Below, in pieces: positions 47,685 to 63,070 of a stretch of DNA of 64,000 nucleotides. This DNA is from Pelagibacteraceae bacterium AG-426-G02 (GTDB taxonomy: Bacteria > Pseudomonadota > Alphaproteobacteria > Pelagibacterales > Pelagibacteraceae): NCBI GenBank assembly GCA_003213155.1, contig QCNQ01000004.1:638-64637 (forward strand), written 5' to 3'. Position 1 is the first letter of the stretch, and each line of letters opens with the position of its first letter. Position numbers and translations under genes: made by a program. A model generated the notes under the pieces. That model was given only the letters and a program-made list of their open reading frames with translations, was not told the origin of the DNA and did no database searches.

Positions 47685-48891
47685 TTAAAACACAACTCTT
47701 ATACTCTTCAGTTCCAACATTAAAACCATCAGCATTAAAAAAAGATTTTCGACATTTATGACCATGTTCTAAGTTTAATTTTAAAAATTCTAATTCTTGA
47801 GTATCAATATTGAATTGATTGATTTTTTGCTTTTGTAAAAAAATTTCATTATTTAAAACTGAAATTTGATTGTTTAAATCATTAATTTCACTAGTTAAAT
47901 TTTCATTTTCTTCTATAAATTTTGAATTAGTCTCCTCAATAATTTTAAGCTCATCTTCTAAAATCTTTAATTTTGACTCTTCAAGTTCCTCACTTTTATC
48001 TTCAATTGGAACTATTTCTGGTTCAACTTGAGGAATTTCAATTTGAGTAATTGTTTCTGCAAAAACATATTTTAATTGTGTAAAGTCGCTGTAGAATTCA
48101 ACGTTGTATCTATTAGAAGAACCATTTTTTTTAGATCTTAATTTGCCAATTGGTACTCCACTTTTAAATATTGCTCCAGTACCTGAGGTGTAAACTATAC
48201 TTTCATCGACTAACTCCTCTGACAAACCCGCTTTAATATATTTAATTTGTCCAAAATTGTCTCCACTCCCAGTGACTATTGCTTGGATATTTTGAGGGGC
48301 AATTGTTACTGGAACATTAGAATTTAAATCTGATAACAATAATACCCTTGATGTTTTATAATTCACCTCAATTACCCGACCAACTAAATAAGATTGATCA
48401 TAAATATTTGTACCAATTTTTATATCGTCTTTACTTCCTTTATTTATGATTATGCTCTTTAGAAAGGGACTATCATGATCAACAATTATTTTTGCTAAAA
48501 TTTTATTTGAACTTGAAATATAATCATCAATTAGTACTTTCAGTTCTTGATTTTCATACTGAATAATTTCATTGGACACAAAATCAGATTTAAGTTTATC
48601 CAATTCATCTCTATTATTTTGATATCTATTAAAAAATGTTGTGTATTCAATTATATTAATAAATGAATTCCTGACAAAGTTTTCAGGTATAGAGACAATA
48701 AAAGATGATCGATAAACCACCTCACTTAATCCAGCCTTCAGATATCTCACTGCCTTAAAGTCTAGGCTCGATAGAAGGATTATAAATATAGAAATAAATA
48801 CTAAAGTAAGTAGAGAAAATTTTTGTTGAGTGCTTTTTTTTAAAAAAGCAGAACGAATTGCTATTATAAAATCATCTCTGCTAGAGGCCAT
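47662..48891 (-). CDS. mreC: Rod shape-determining protein MreC with a C-terminal coiled-coil extension
   Basis: LVGRVIEV, SRVLLLSD, YTSG..F..GVPIG. Confidence 0.9.
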   Translation of the reverse strand: MASSRDDFIIAIRSAFLKKSTQQKFSLLTLVFISIFIILLSSLDFKAVRYLKAGLSEVVYRSSFIVSIPENFVRNSFINIIEYTTFFNRYQNNRDELDKLKSDFVSNEIIQYENQELKVLIDDYISSSNKILAKIIVDHDSPFLKSIIINKGSKDDIKIGTNIYDQSYLVGRVIEVNYKTSRVLLLSDLNSNVPVTIAPQNIQAIVTGSGDNFGQIKYIKAGLSEELVDESIVYTSGTGAIFKSGVPIGKLRSKKNGSSNRYNVEFYSDFTQLKYVFAETITQIEIPQVEPEIVPIEDKSEELEESKLKILEDELKIIEETNSKFIEENENLTSEINDLNNQISVLNNEIFLQKQKINQFNIDTQELEFLKLNLEHGHKCRKSFFNADGFNVGTEEYKSCVLNGGRTGG

Positions 48892-48896
48892 TACTC

Positions 48897-51508
<2,612 letters not shown>

Positions 51509-51596
51509 ATCAAATATTTTTGTTTTTGAAATATACAACCTCTCGTTTAGATTGCAAAAATAAAATACTGAATTTGTCCCAATTTGGAACTAAATT

Positions 51597-53185
<1,589 letters not shown>

Positions 53186-53187
53186 AC

Positions 53188-54954
53188 TTAAACTAAAGCT
53201 TTACCTTTACCGGTAATTTTATTTTCTTCTTTTTCACTTGGCCCTAATATCATTTGGTTATGAGGTTTTCCTGAAGGGATCATTGGAAAACAATTTTCAT
53301 TTGGATCGACTCGACAATCAAAAATAACAGGTCCATCAAACTCAACCATTTCTCTAATTTTTTCATCCAATTCATCTGGTTTTTCAGCCATTATACCCTT
53401 ACAACCATAAGCCTCTGCCATTTTTATAAAATCAGGTAAAGCCTCAGTATAACTTTCAGAATAATTTTTCTCATGTAACAATTCTTGCCATTGTCTCACC
53501 ATTCCCATGTATTGATTATTTAAAATAAAAATTTTTATAGGTAGATTATATTGAACTGCAGTAGACATCTCTTGCATTGTCATTAAAACTGAAGCTTCAC
53601 CTGCAATATCAATTACTAATTTTTTTGGATGGGCTATTTGGACACCCACAGCAGCAGGTAATCCATATCCCATTGTTCCAAGTCCTCCGGAGGTCATCCA
53701 ACGATTCGGTTTATTAAATTTATAATGTTGAGCTGCCCACATTTGATGTTGACCCACCTCAGTCGTGATATAAGTATCTTTGTGTTTTGTAAACTCGTAC
53801 AATCTCTGAACTGCATGTTGAGGTTTTATAGTTTCATCACTGTTTTTAAAATGAAGTGAATTTTTTGTTCGCCATTTTTGTATCTGTTCCCACCATTTAG
53901 CAATTTGTTGCTTGTTTGATTTTTTCAAATCTAAGTTTTTTTTCTTTAGAGTTTTTGTAATTCCTTTTAAAACCTCTTTAACATCACCAACTAATGCTAA
54001 ATCAACTTTAATGATTTTATTTATTGATGAAGGATCAATATCGATATGAACTTTTTTGGATTTTGGAGAGAACTCGTCAATTTTACCAGTTATTCTATCA
54101 TCAAATCTAGCACCAATATTTATTAATAAATCACAATCATGCATTGCGTTATTAGCCTCGTAAGTTCCATGCATACCAAGCATGCCTAAAAATTGATTAT
54201 CATCTCCTGGATACGCACCTAAACCTTGCAATGTTGAAGTAATTGGAAAACCTGTAAGCTCTACAAGTTCTCTTAAAACGTTGCTCGCCTCAGGTCCAGA
54301 GTTTATAACTCCACCACCAGAATAAATAATAGGTTTTTTTGATTTATTCATTAAACCAATCAAACTATCGATGTCCTTTTGTAAAAAATGATTTAATGAT
54401 TTTCCATTAAGTTTTTTTTCAACTTTAGGTTTTGAATAACTCATTTTAGCAAACTGGATATCTTTAGGTATATCAACTAAAACTGGCCCCGGTCTTCCTG
54501 TTGTTGCAACTCTAAAAGCCTCATGAAGAGTTTTTGATAAATCTTTAATATCTTTGACTAGCCAATTGTGTTTTGTGCATGGTCTTGTAATACCTGTTGT
54601 ATCACATTCTTGAAATGCATCTGTTCCGATTAAATGTGTTGGCACTTGTCCTGATATACAAACTAGTGGAACAGAATCCATATAAGCATCTGTTAATGCA
54701 GTAACAACATTAGTTGCTCCAGGTCCAGAAGTTACAAGGACAACACCTGGTTTGCCAGATGATCTTGCATAACCTTCTGCAGCATGACCTGCACCTTGTT
54801 CATGTCTAACTAGAATATGCTTGATTGTGTTATGATTTTTTAACTCATCATAAATCGGTAATACCGCACCACCTGGATAACCAAAAATAAATTCAACATC
54901 TTGGTCCTTTAGACATTTGAATACAATTTCAGCACCTGTATATAATTTAGACAT
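53188..54954 (-). CDS. ilvI: Acetolactate synthase large subunit
   Basis: FGYPGGA, RHEQ, TSGPGATN, SGGLGTMG. Confidence 0.95.
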   Translation of the reverse strand: MSKLYTGAEIVFKCLKDQDVEFIFGYPGGAVLPIYDELKNHNTIKHILVRHEQGAGHAAEGYARSSGKPGVVLVTSGPGATNVVTALTDAYMDSVPLVCISGQVPTHLIGTDAFQECDTTGITRPCTKHNWLVKDIKDLSKTLHEAFRVATTGRPGPVLVDIPKDIQFAKMSYSKPKVEKKLNGKSLNHFLQKDIDSLIGLMNKSKKPIIYSGGGVINSGPEASNVLRELVELTGFPITSTLQGLGAYPGDDNQFLGMLGMHGTYEANNAMHDCDLLINIGARFDDRITGKIDEFSPKSKKVHIDIDPSSINKIIKVDLALVGDVKEVLKGITKTLKKKNLDLKKSNKQQIAKWWEQIQKWRTKNSLHFKNSDETIKPQHAVQRLYEFTKHKDTYITTEVGQHQMWAAQHYKFNKPNRWMTSGGLGTMGYGLPAAVGVQIAHPKKLVIDIAGEASVLMTMQEMSTAVQYNLPIKIFILNNQYMGMVRQWQELLHEKNYSESYTEALPDFIKMAEAYGCKGIMAEKPDELDEKIREMVEFDGPVIFDCRVDPNENCFPMIPSGKPHNQMILGPSEKEENKITGKGKALV

Positions 54955-55007
54955 CCATCCAATCTAGCTGAAGTTGTGCTTATTGGTCAAGAATTACTAC
55001 GTGATAT

Positions 55008-55916
55008 CTAAATTTTTTTTAAAAATTTATTTAGGTCCTCTGACTTTATTTTGTTCCAGTCCATCATATTGCCTCTGCCCCAAGTAGATTGTCTCTTTGC
55101 ATATTGCCTAGTCTTTATTGATATTTTCTCAATTACCTCAGATATCTCAATTTTTTTCTCAAGATATTGTCTAATTTCTGCAATTCCGATCGCCTTTGAG
55201 GCAGTTTTGACTCTTGGAACTTTTAATCTTATAAATTTTTTTACCTCTGAAATTGCTCCATTTTTAATCATATCTTTTGTACGATCACTAATTCTCTCAA
55301 TTAACTCAACTCTTGGATAATCAATACAAATCTTAAAAAAATCGTCCTTTTCATAATCTGATCGCGTACTTTTGAACCAATCATAAATTGATCTTTTTGT
55401 AAATAATTTAACTTCATAAGCTCGAATTACTCTTTGAGAGTCTGTAGGTTTAACAAAGTTTTTTGATATAGGATCTAGCTTAACTAATTCTGAAAAAAAC
55501 TTCTTTGTTCCAATTTTTTTATGTAACAACCTTATTTTTGATCTAAAACGAATTGGAATATTTGGAATATTTACTAAACCCTCTGTTATTGCTTTAAAGT
55601 ACAATCCGGTACCACCCACAAGAATAGGTATTTTTTTTCTCTTTTTTATATCTAAAATTTTTTTTTTAACTAATTTTAACCAATCTCCTGAAGAAAAGTT
55701 TTTTTTTACACTTTGAAAACCATATAAATGATGTTTAATATTCTTGTAATTTTTTGGAATAGGTCTCGCAGATAAAATCTTTAATTCTTTATATACCTGC
55801 ATGCTATCGGCATTAATGATCTCACCTCTTATTTTTTTAGCAAGTTTAATTGCAAAATTTGACTTTCCTGATGCGGTTGGACCATAAATTAAAATAATTT
55901 TGGATTTTAAATCCAT
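55008..55916 (-). CDS. miaA: tRNA dimethylallyltransferase
   Basis: GPTASGKS, DSMQVY, GGTGLY, TRQYAKRQ. Confidence 0.96.
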   Translation of the reverse strand: MDLKSKIILIYGPTASGKSNFAIKLAKKIRGEIINADSMQVYKELKILSARPIPKNYKNIKHHLYGFQSVKKNFSSGDWLKLVKKKILDIKKRKKIPILVGGTGLYFKAITEGLVNIPNIPIRFRSKIRLLHKKIGTKKFFSELVKLDPISKNFVKPTDSQRVIRAYEVKLFTKRSIYDWFKSTRSDYEKDDFFKICIDYPRVELIERISDRTKDMIKNGAISEVKKFIRLKVPRVKTASKAIGIAEIRQYLEKKIEISEVIEKISIKTRQYAKRQSTWGRGNMMDWNKIKSEDLNKFLKKI

Positions 55917-55919
55917 TAA

Positions 55920-57323
55920 TTAATCTAATTTAACACCAATATATCGTCTTTGATTTTGGCTATTATATATAACTAATAAAATAGTTTTTTGATTACTATT
56001 TAAGACTTGTTTAACTATTTGGTTTAAATCATTTACACTTCTTATTTTTTTCTTTTGCGCTTCTAAAATTATACTATTCACTTCAACAGAGCTTATTAAA
56101 GGACTATCGTTTGCTATTTTAGTGATAACCAATCCAGTAGTTTGATTAGGTAACTTTCTTGATCTTATATCATCTTTAGTAATTTGTCTTACAGTCACTT
56201 TTAAATCTTTTATCTCAATTTTTTTTGGACTTTCCGTTTTTTCTGAGACTTTAAAATCTTCTGAGGTTTCTAATCTTCCAAGTGTAACAATTTTAACAAT
56301 TTCTTTTTTATCTCTCCAAATTTTTACTTCAACCCGTTTTCCGACCTCAGTTCTTGCTACAATCATGGGAAGTTCTTTCATCTGATTTATTTTTTCACCA
56401 TTAAATTCTAAAATGATATCACCAGATTTTACTCCAGCTTTAGCGGATGGACTATTCTCTGCAACACTTGCAACTAGGGCTCCACGCGGTTTATCTAATT
56501 TTTCAACTTCAGCAATTTCTTTTGTAACATCTTGAATTCTTACACCTAACCAACCACGTTTTGTTTCTCCAAATTTTATTAATTGATCAATTACTATCTT
56601 TGCACTATTCGAAGGAATTGAAAAACCAATTCCAATTGAACCATTTCTGCCGAGGATAGCAGTATTGATTCCAATCACATCTCCATTCATATCAAATAAG
56701 GGACCACCAGAGTTCCCTTGATTAATTGATGCATCAGTCTGAATATAATCTTCATACCTGGATAAACCTATTGATCTATTTCTTGCAGAAATAATTCCTG
56801 AAGTTACAGTTCCACCAAGACCAAAGGGATTACCAATTGCTATAACCCAGTCACCAATTCTAGCTTTGTCGGAATCACCAAATTTAACAGGTTTAAACTT
56901 TTCATTTGTCTCTAGTTGAAGAACTGCAATGTCAGACAATGGATCTGCACCGAGGACTTTAGCTTTAATTTCTTTGTCACCTACTCTAATGATAATATCA
57001 TCTGCATCTTGAATGACGTGATTGTTTGTAACAACAATACCTTTTTCATCTATAATAAATCCTGATCCTAAAGCTGCTGATGGTCTCTCTTGTGGTGTTC
57101 CAAATTCTTTAAACATATCCTCAAATGGTGAACCCGGAGGAAATTGAAAAGGGAAAGGGTTAGTTTGTGTTTTTACCATTGTAGTTGTTGAAATATTAAC
57201 CACAGATGGCATTAACTTTTCTGCCAAATCGGCAAAAGAACTAGGATGATTTTGTGCAAACGATTTTAATTGAGTGCCTATAATTAAAATAATCGCTATA
57301 AATAGTGTATTTATTCTACTCAT
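55920..57323 (-). CDS. degP: Do/DegP family periplasmic serine protease
   Basis: TNNHV, DASINQGNSGGPL, two PDZ domains. Confidence 0.92.
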   Translation of the reverse strand: MSRINTLFIAIILIIGTQLKSFAQNHPSSFADLAEKLMPSVVNISTTTMVKTQTNPFPFQFPPGSPFEDMFKEFGTPQERPSAALGSGFIIDEKGIVVTNNHVIQDADDIIIRVGDKEIKAKVLGADPLSDIAVLQLETNEKFKPVKFGDSDKARIGDWVIAIGNPFGLGGTVTSGIISARNRSIGLSRYEDYIQTDASINQGNSGGPLFDMNGDVIGINTAILGRNGSIGIGFSIPSNSAKIVIDQLIKFGETKRGWLGVRIQDVTKEIAEVEKLDKPRGALVASVAENSPSAKAGVKSGDIILEFNGEKINQMKELPMIVARTEVGKRVEVKIWRDKKEIVKIVTLGRLETSEDFKVSEKTESPKKIEIKDLKVTVRQITKDDIRSRKLPNQTTGLVITKIANDSPLISSVEVNSIILEAQKKKIRSVNDLNQIVKQVLNSNQKTILLVIYNSQNQRRYIGVKLD

Positions 57324-57324
57324 T

Positions 57325-57510
57325 TTAGTTCTTCATATAATAAATAATTATAAAGCCTATAACTGCAAAGATTAATCCACCTGATCTTAACTGGCTATCT
57401 TTTATAAGTTCTAATTTTTTTAACATACTTTTCATTTTTGCTGGAAATATGGCATATAAAATTCCCTCGATAAACAAGAATAGACCAAAAGCAATGATCA
57501 ATTCTTTCAT
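57325..57510 (-). CDS. DUF2065 family small membrane protein
   Basis: LFIEGI..A.FP...LRSGG pattern; typical position after hflC. Confidence 0.8.
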   Translation of the reverse strand: MKELIIAFGLFLFIEGILYAIFPAKMKSMLKKLELIKDSQLRSGGLIFAVIGFIIIYYMKN

Positions 57511-57516
57511 GAAAGT

Positions 57517-58386
57517 TTATTGTGAATTTGGTTTTATATTTCCAAAAAATTTAAAGAACTCACTATCAGGAGATAATATTAAAGAAGTTTCTCCACCAAT
57601 TAATGCTTTTTCATAAGCCTGCATAGCTCTGTAAAAAGCAAAGAATTCTGGATCTTGGCCAAAAGCGTTAGCGAAAATATTATTTCTTTTACCATCACCT
57701 TCTCCTTTCATAATCTCAGATTTTTTTTGCGCATCTGCTAAAATAACAGTTACTTCTTTATCAGCAGTCGATGTTATCGTTACAGCCATTTCAGCACCTT
57801 TTGCTCTAAACTCTTTTGCTTCTCTCTCCCTTTCTGTTTGCATTCTCCTAAAGATTGCATCACTATTTGCTTGAGGAAGATCAGCACGTTTAATTCTTAC
57901 ATCTACAATTTCTATACCAAAGTTTTGTGCTTCGTTGTTTACACCCTCTTGAATTAAAGCCATTTGTTTTGTTCTATCTTCTGATAAAAGTGTCTGTAAT
58001 TCTTGTTGACCTAATACGTTCCTGATTCTTGAATTGATAATTGTTGCCAATCTAGATCTTGCAACTCTTTCATTTCCAACTGAGATATAAAATTTTAACG
58101 GATCGACAATTTGAAATCTTGCAAAAGCATCAACAATTAGTCTTTTTTGATCCGATGCAATTACCTCTTCAGGTGGTGTATCTAAATTTAAAATTCGCTT
58201 ATCCAAAAATACGACGTTTTGGATAAATGGTAATTTAAAGTTTAATCCTGGTTTTAAAATTATTCTTTTTGGATCACCAAACTGAAGTACAATCGCTTGA
58301 TTAACTTCTTTAACAATAAATATTGAAAAAAATAATGTCGCTGCAATAAAAACTGCTAATCCTGCTATAATTTTTCCTGCTTTCAT
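57517..58386 (-). CDS. hflC: FtsH modulator HflC
   Basis: SPFH domain, RMQTERER, DPEFFAFYR. Confidence 0.95.
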   Translation of the reverse strand: MKAGKIIAGLAVFIAATLFFSIFIVKEVNQAIVLQFGDPKRIILKPGLNFKLPFIQNVVFLDKRILNLDTPPEEVIASDQKRLIVDAFARFQIVDPLKFYISVGNERVARSRLATIINSRIRNVLGQQELQTLLSEDRTKQMALIQEGVNNEAQNFGIEIVDVRIKRADLPQANSDAIFRRMQTEREREAKEFRAKGAEMAVTITSTADKEVTVILADAQKKSEIMKGEGDGKRNNIFANAFGQDPEFFAFYRAMQAYEKALIGGETSLILSPDSEFFKFFGNIKPNSQ

Positions 58387-58387
58387 T

Positions 58388-59497
58388 TTAATTAGTCACT
58401 TTCTTTTTTAATTCTGGTAATGGTAAATATGGAACTACACCTGATCCAGCATTTTTCTCAATGATTACTTTATCAATATCAGCTAAAACTTTTTCCATCG
58501 TTTCTAAATACATTCTTTCTTGTGTTACCGATTTTGCTTTTTTATACTCATTGTAAATAGCTAAGAACCTACTTGCTTCACCCTCTGCTTTAGCTACCAC
58601 TTCTTTTTTATAAGCTTCTGCGGCTTGTAAAATTTTTGCAGCTTCCCCTCGTGCTCTTGGGATTACATCATTAGCATATGCCTCAGCTTCATTTTTTGAT
58701 CTTTCCATATCAGCTCTGGCGGCTTGCACGTCACGAAACGCATCAATTACTTGATCTGGTGGATCTGCTTTTTGAGTTTGAACTTGTGTAATTTGAATTC
58801 CTGATGTGTATTCATCTAAAATTTTTTGGATTATTTCTTGTGTATCTGTTTCAATTAATGATCTTCCTTCTGTCAAAATTGGCTGGATATCAGATCTTGC
58901 AATTACTTCTCTCATTGCTGTTTCCGCAGCAGCTTTAACAGTCCCTTCTGGATCCTGGATTTTAAATAAAAAATTACCTGCATCTTTAATTACCCAAAAG
59001 ACAGAAAAATCTATATTCACAATATTTTCATCACCAGTAAGCATTAAACTTTCTTGCGGTACATCTGCTACACCTCCTGCCGCTGAAGAAAAACCACTAT
59101 CTCTTTCTGACCTAAAACCAATATCTATCCTGTTAACTTTTGTTACTTTTGGTGTTAAAACATTTTCAACCGGGAAAGGGATATGATAATTCAAACCTGG
59201 TTGAGTTGTTTTTACAAACTTTCCAAATCTTAAAACAACACCTTGTTCGTCAGGAAGCACTCTATAAAGACCACTTGCTAACCAAACAAAACCTAAAATA
59301 ATTAAAACTAAAATAGCTTGTTTTCCTCCAGAAGAACTTCCGCCTGGTAAAAGTTTTTTAATTTTTTCTTGAAACTCTCTAATAATTTTATCTACATCGG
59401 GCGGTCTTGGGCCTCTTCCAGAGCCATTACCGCTTCCTCCTCCACCTGGGGGTGATCCCCAAGGACTACCACCTCTTTGTTGAAAATCATCCGACAT
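58388..59497 (-). CDS. hflK: FtsH modulator HflK
   Basis: PWG N-terminus, MLTGDENIV, ERMYLETME. Confidence 0.95.
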   Translation of the reverse strand: MSDDFQQRGGSPWGSPPGGGGSGNGSGRGPRPPDVDKIIREFQEKIKKLLPGGSSSGGKQAILVLIILGFVWLASGLYRVLPDEQGVVLRFGKFVKTTQPGLNYHIPFPVENVLTPKVTKVNRIDIGFRSERDSGFSSAAGGVADVPQESLMLTGDENIVNIDFSVFWVIKDAGNFLFKIQDPEGTVKAAAETAMREVIARSDIQPILTEGRSLIETDTQEIIQKILDEYTSGIQITQVQTQKADPPDQVIDAFRDVQAARADMERSKNEAEAYANDVIPRARGEAAKILQAAEAYKKEVVAKAEGEASRFLAIYNEYKKAKSVTQERMYLETMEKVLADIDKVIIEKNAGSGVVPYLPLPELKKKVTN

Positions 59498-59547
59498 ACA
59501 CTATCTATATAGTGTCTAATTTAACAAAAACAAGCTAAGATCAAATA

Positions 59548-60378
59548 ATGTCAGATAAAAAGCCAGAACTAAGTGCCGCAACGAGCAAACATAGTGGGCA
59601 AAAGGTTTTTACAAAAAATCCAATTATTGGAACGAGATTCACTATAGCTATTTCAAGTGCCAAAGGAGGTGTTGGAAAGTCAACTTTCGCATCCAACCTT
59701 GCGATAGCATTAAAACATGTAGGCTGTAAAGTTGGTTTGCTAGATGCAGATATTTATGGACCTTCAATTCCAAAAATGTTTGGGATAGAGGAAAAACCAA
59801 AAAGTGACGGCCAAAAACTAGATCCTATTATAAAATACAATATTCAATGTATGTCTATTGGTTTTCTTACTGATCAGCAAACTCCAATGATTTGGAGAGG
59901 TCCAATGGTGACTAGTGCAATAAGGACTTTTACCCAAAAAGTAAATTGGAAAGACTTGGACTTCATAATTGTAGATATGCCTCCTGGTACAGGAGATACA
60001 CAATTGACTTTCTCACAAGAAATTAAAATGGACGGAGCAATAATAGTTTCAACACCTCAAGAAGTGGCTTTGTTAGATGTAAAAAGAGGAATTAAAATGT
60101 TTGATAAACTGGGAGTAAAAATTTTAGGACTTGTAGAAAATATGAGTTACTTCGTTGGAGATGATAATAAAAAATATAAGATATTTGGTGAGGGTGGAGT
60201 TCGTAAAACTTCAGAAGAATTCAATAAAGAATTTTTAGGTGAAATACCAATTAAACCTGAAGTAGGAATGAAAAGTGATAATGGAAAACCAATAGTTGAA
60301 GAAGATCCAAATAACGAAATTTCAAAAATTTATATTAATTTTGCTAATAAAATTAAATCAACTTATCTTTTAGGTTAA
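59548..60378 (+). CDS. mrp: Mrp/ApbC/NBP35 Fe-S cluster carrier ATPase
   Basis: [33 protein letters not shown]. Confidence 0.92.
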   Translation: MSDKKPELSAATSKHSGQKVFTKNPIIGTRFTIAISSAKGGVGKSTFASNLAIALKHVGCKVGLLDADIYGPSIPKMFGIEEKPKSDGQKLDPIIKYNIQCMSIGFLTDQQTPMIWRGPMVTSAIRTFTQKVNWKDLDFIIVDMPPGTGDTQLTFSQEIKMDGAIIVSTPQEVALLDVKRGIKMFDKLGVKILGLVENMSYFVGDDNKKYKIFGEGGVRKTSEEFNKEFLGEIPIKPEVGMKSDNGKPIVEEDPNNEISKIYINFANKIKSTYLLG

Positions 60379-61300
60379 AAGCTTCCATTAATTCATTCCA
60401 TTCTCTTTTTGACAATCCAGAACTTTCTAAAGTGACATCTTCCCTTTTAATTAATTTTTGAATTACAACATTTCCTTTAGCAGAAACTTCTGTACCACCC
60501 ACTCTATAATCCATAAAAGCTTCATGAGTTATTGGTACCCACCTTTTTAATGTGTCCAACATGATATCAGCAAAAACTCTAATTTCATATTGAGCGTGAT
60601 GATCTGCTCTTAGTCTTAAAAAATTCATTAAATTTAAAAGATCTGTTTTCCAATACCACTGAGTATAGGTATTTAATGTTAAATTCATTCTAGCAAGTTC
60701 CCTAGCTAAACCTTTTTTATTGTTATCGATAGTTGATCCATCATATCTTTCATTTAGCATGGTTTCATAATTAGAATAAGTTCTTTCAGCATCATTTTTT
60801 AAAAGTTCTAAAACCTCTTTTGCTTGACTTCCCTCAAGGACATCTCCCCTTCCTTGTCTATTGCTTGTTGATTGAGCTGCTAAATTTTCAGAGGTTGGTA
60901 AGTAGAATTCTTTATCTAAAATAGAATATCTTGCAGAATATTCATTAACATTTGCGGTTCTATGTCTTATCCATTGACGTGCTATAAAAATTGGTAATTT
61001 GATATGATATTTAATTTCACACATTTCAAATGGTGTACTGTGCCAATGACGCATCAAATATTTAATCAACCCAGCATCGGTTGATACCTGTTTGGTTCCT
61101 TTTCCATAAGAAACTCTTGCAGCTTGAACAATAGATGTATCATCACCCATATAATCGACTACCCTTACAAAACCATGATCTAAAGCTGGAATTGCCTCAT
61201 AAAGAATATTTTCCAACTCTGATACTACCACCCTTTTTGTTTTATTATTTTGAGATTGCTGATTCTTAATTTCTGCAGATTGTTCTTTAGTTAATTTCAT
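60353..61300 (-). CDS. thyX: FAD-dependent thymidylate synthase
   Basis: [26 protein letters not shown]; start set at ATG 61300 (MKLTKEQ) to avoid overlapping tmRNA. Confidence 0.93.
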   Translation of the reverse strand: MKLTKEQSAEIKNQQSQNNKTKRVVVSELENILYEAIPALDHGFVRVVDYMGDDTSIVQAARVSYGKGTKQVSTDAGLIKYLMRHWHSTPFEMCEIKYHIKLPIFIARQWIRHRTANVNEYSARYSILDKEFYLPTSENLAAQSTSNRQGRGDVLEGSQAKEVLELLKNDAERTYSNYETMLNERYDGSTIDNNKKGLARELARMNLTLNTYTQWYWKTDLLNLMNFLRLRADHHAQYEIRVFADIMLDTLKRWVPITHEAFMDYRVGGTEVSAKGNVVIQKLIKREDVTLESSGLSKREWNELMEAFNLKDKLI

Positions 61301-61343
61301 GATTGTTATTGAATCTCTTGCGATTCCTTTTATATTAATAAAG

Positions 61344-61601
61344 TTGGTTTTCCAACTATGACGATAAACGAATTTCGTAATAACCATTGCGGACGTGGGG
61401 GCAGTACCCACCACCTCCACCAATTACAACTTATGGGGGTGAACTAGATTCGACGAGTGACTAAAGGCTATTCTTTCGTTCGGAATTGTTCCTCCGTAAA
61501 GGGCTAATTTATAAATGCTAACGAAAGTTACGCAATTGCTGCTTAATTAATTTTGTTAATTAAGTAAACGGGGTTCGGGGCACCTGGCAACAGAACGCCC
61601 C
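61344..61601 (+). ncRNA. ssrA: Circularly permuted (two-piece) tmRNA
   Basis: Acceptor piece ends ...gtggg-ggcagta-cccac-cacctccACCA at 61422; 12-nt spacer; coding piece starts GGGGGTGAA at 61435; tag frame 61517-61546 = ANESYAIAA*; 3' hairpin to ~61601. Ends are approximate. Confidence 0.92.
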
Positions 61602-61675
61602 TTTAAATATAATGATGCTTTAGGGTCAATATATTTCTTTAAAAAAAATAAATAAATATTTATAAAAATTAATTA

Positions 61676-63046
61676 ATGAAGTCTTTAAAAAAATATATCT
61701 ATCAAATTTTAATAATTTTTTTAATGGTCTTGCTTGTCAGTGGATATATTCTTAATAAAAAAAGTTCAGCTTCAAAAAAAAATGAAATCTCTAATATTCT
61801 TAAACAATTAAATACTAGGAATACTCAAATAGCAAAAATACAAAAAAATTTGTTTAAAGATGGAAAAAATATAAATGACATAATTAATAAAAATGAAATC
61901 CAATTTAAGAAAATTCCGCGAGATGAAATTTTAAATGAATTTGGAACTTATTCTTTGTCAAAATATAAAACAAATGACATTTTATTTAATGGCAATAGAG
62001 GAGCAATTGGAACTGGTTTTATTGATTTCTATAATAATGAAAAAAATTTATTTCTTGCTACATATGATGGTATTTTCGCATATGCAAAACTAGATAATTT
62101 GGAAAGGTTTAAAAAAATCAAGTCAAATATTAATACAATAATCAATTATGAAAAATTCTACTTTCACGATCAGTATGGTATAAAAGATATTTTTATAGAT
62201 AATGATAATTTGTATGTTTCTTATATTGGAAAAAGAAAAGAAAATTGTTACGATTTAAAAATTATAACTACAAAATTAAATGAGGAATATTTAAATTTTC
62301 AAAATTTTTATCAAACTCTTAATTGTGTAAATGTAAATAATAGCCATGGATTTTATCCTGCACAAGGTGCAGGTGGGAGAATTATTAAGTTTGATGAAAT
62401 GAATCTTTTATTTACAACTGGCGATTTTAGAAATAGACCCCTCGCACAAAACCCTCAGAGCGATTTTGGTAAAATTTTGAGTATAAGCACTGCAGGTAAA
62501 AATACTAGAGTTGTTTCTCTTGGCCACAGGAATCCTCAGGGGCTTTACTATAGTAAAAAAAATAATTTTATTATCTCAACCGAACATGGGCCAAAAGGAG
62601 GTGATGAAATAAATATTAATCACAACCCTACATCAAATATTAAAAATTTTGGTTGGCCTATATCCTCATATGGTGAACATTATTATAAAAATTACTCGGA
62701 GAAAATATTGTCTGAAGCACCTTTGAAAAAATCACATAAAAAATATGGTTTTGAAGAACCTTTAAAATATTTTGATCCATCAATAGGAATAAGTCAAATA
62801 ATTCCGTTAAACGATGATGAGACAGAATTTCTTGTTGGTGCAATGGGAAATGAAATTAAAGATCAGGATTTAGGTATTCACTACATTAAGCTTGATGAAA
62901 AAAGAAAAAAAGTTATTAAAAATAAATATACTCTTCTTAATGAAAGAGTGAGAGATATGATAATATCTCTTGACAAAAAAATCATAATAATTTTTTTAGA
63001 AACCTCTAGCACACTAGCGGTCTTAAAAAAACAAACTATAAATTAA
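61676..63046 (+). CDS. PQQ-dependent sugar dehydrogenase (GSDH) family protein
   Basis: GGRI, GKILSI, SLGHRNPQGL, TEHGPKGGDEIN, NFGWP, ERVRDM. Confidence 0.82.
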   Translation: MKSLKKYIYQILIIFLMVLLVSGYILNKKSSASKKNEISNILKQLNTRNTQIAKIQKNLFKDGKNINDIINKNEIQFKKIPRDEILNEFGTYSLSKYKTNDILFNGNRGAIGTGFIDFYNNEKNLFLATYDGIFAYAKLDNLERFKKIKSNINTIINYEKFYFHDQYGIKDIFIDNDNLYVSYIGKRKENCYDLKIITTKLNEEYLNFQNFYQTLNCVNVNNSHGFYPAQGAGGRIIKFDEMNLLFTTGDFRNRPLAQNPQSDFGKILSISTAGKNTRVVSLGHRNPQGLYYSKKNNFIISTEHGPKGGDEININHNPTSNIKNFGWPISSYGEHYYKNYSEKILSEAPLKKSHKKYGFEEPLKYFDPSIGISQIIPLNDDETEFLVGAMGNEIKDQDLGIHYIKLDEKRKKVIKNKYTLLNERVRDMIISLDKKIIIIFLETSSTLAVLKKQTIN

Positions 63047-63070
63047 AATATAAATTGTATAAATAAATCA

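Noticed and set aside
61390-61422. Standalone tRNA gene
   Set aside because: This is the tRNA-like acceptor/T-arm of the permuted tmRNA, with no anticodon arm
61301-61423. 41-aa N-terminal extension of ThyX in the ORF track
   Set aside because: Overlaps the tmRNA acceptor piece on the opposite strand; ATG 61300 is the plausible start
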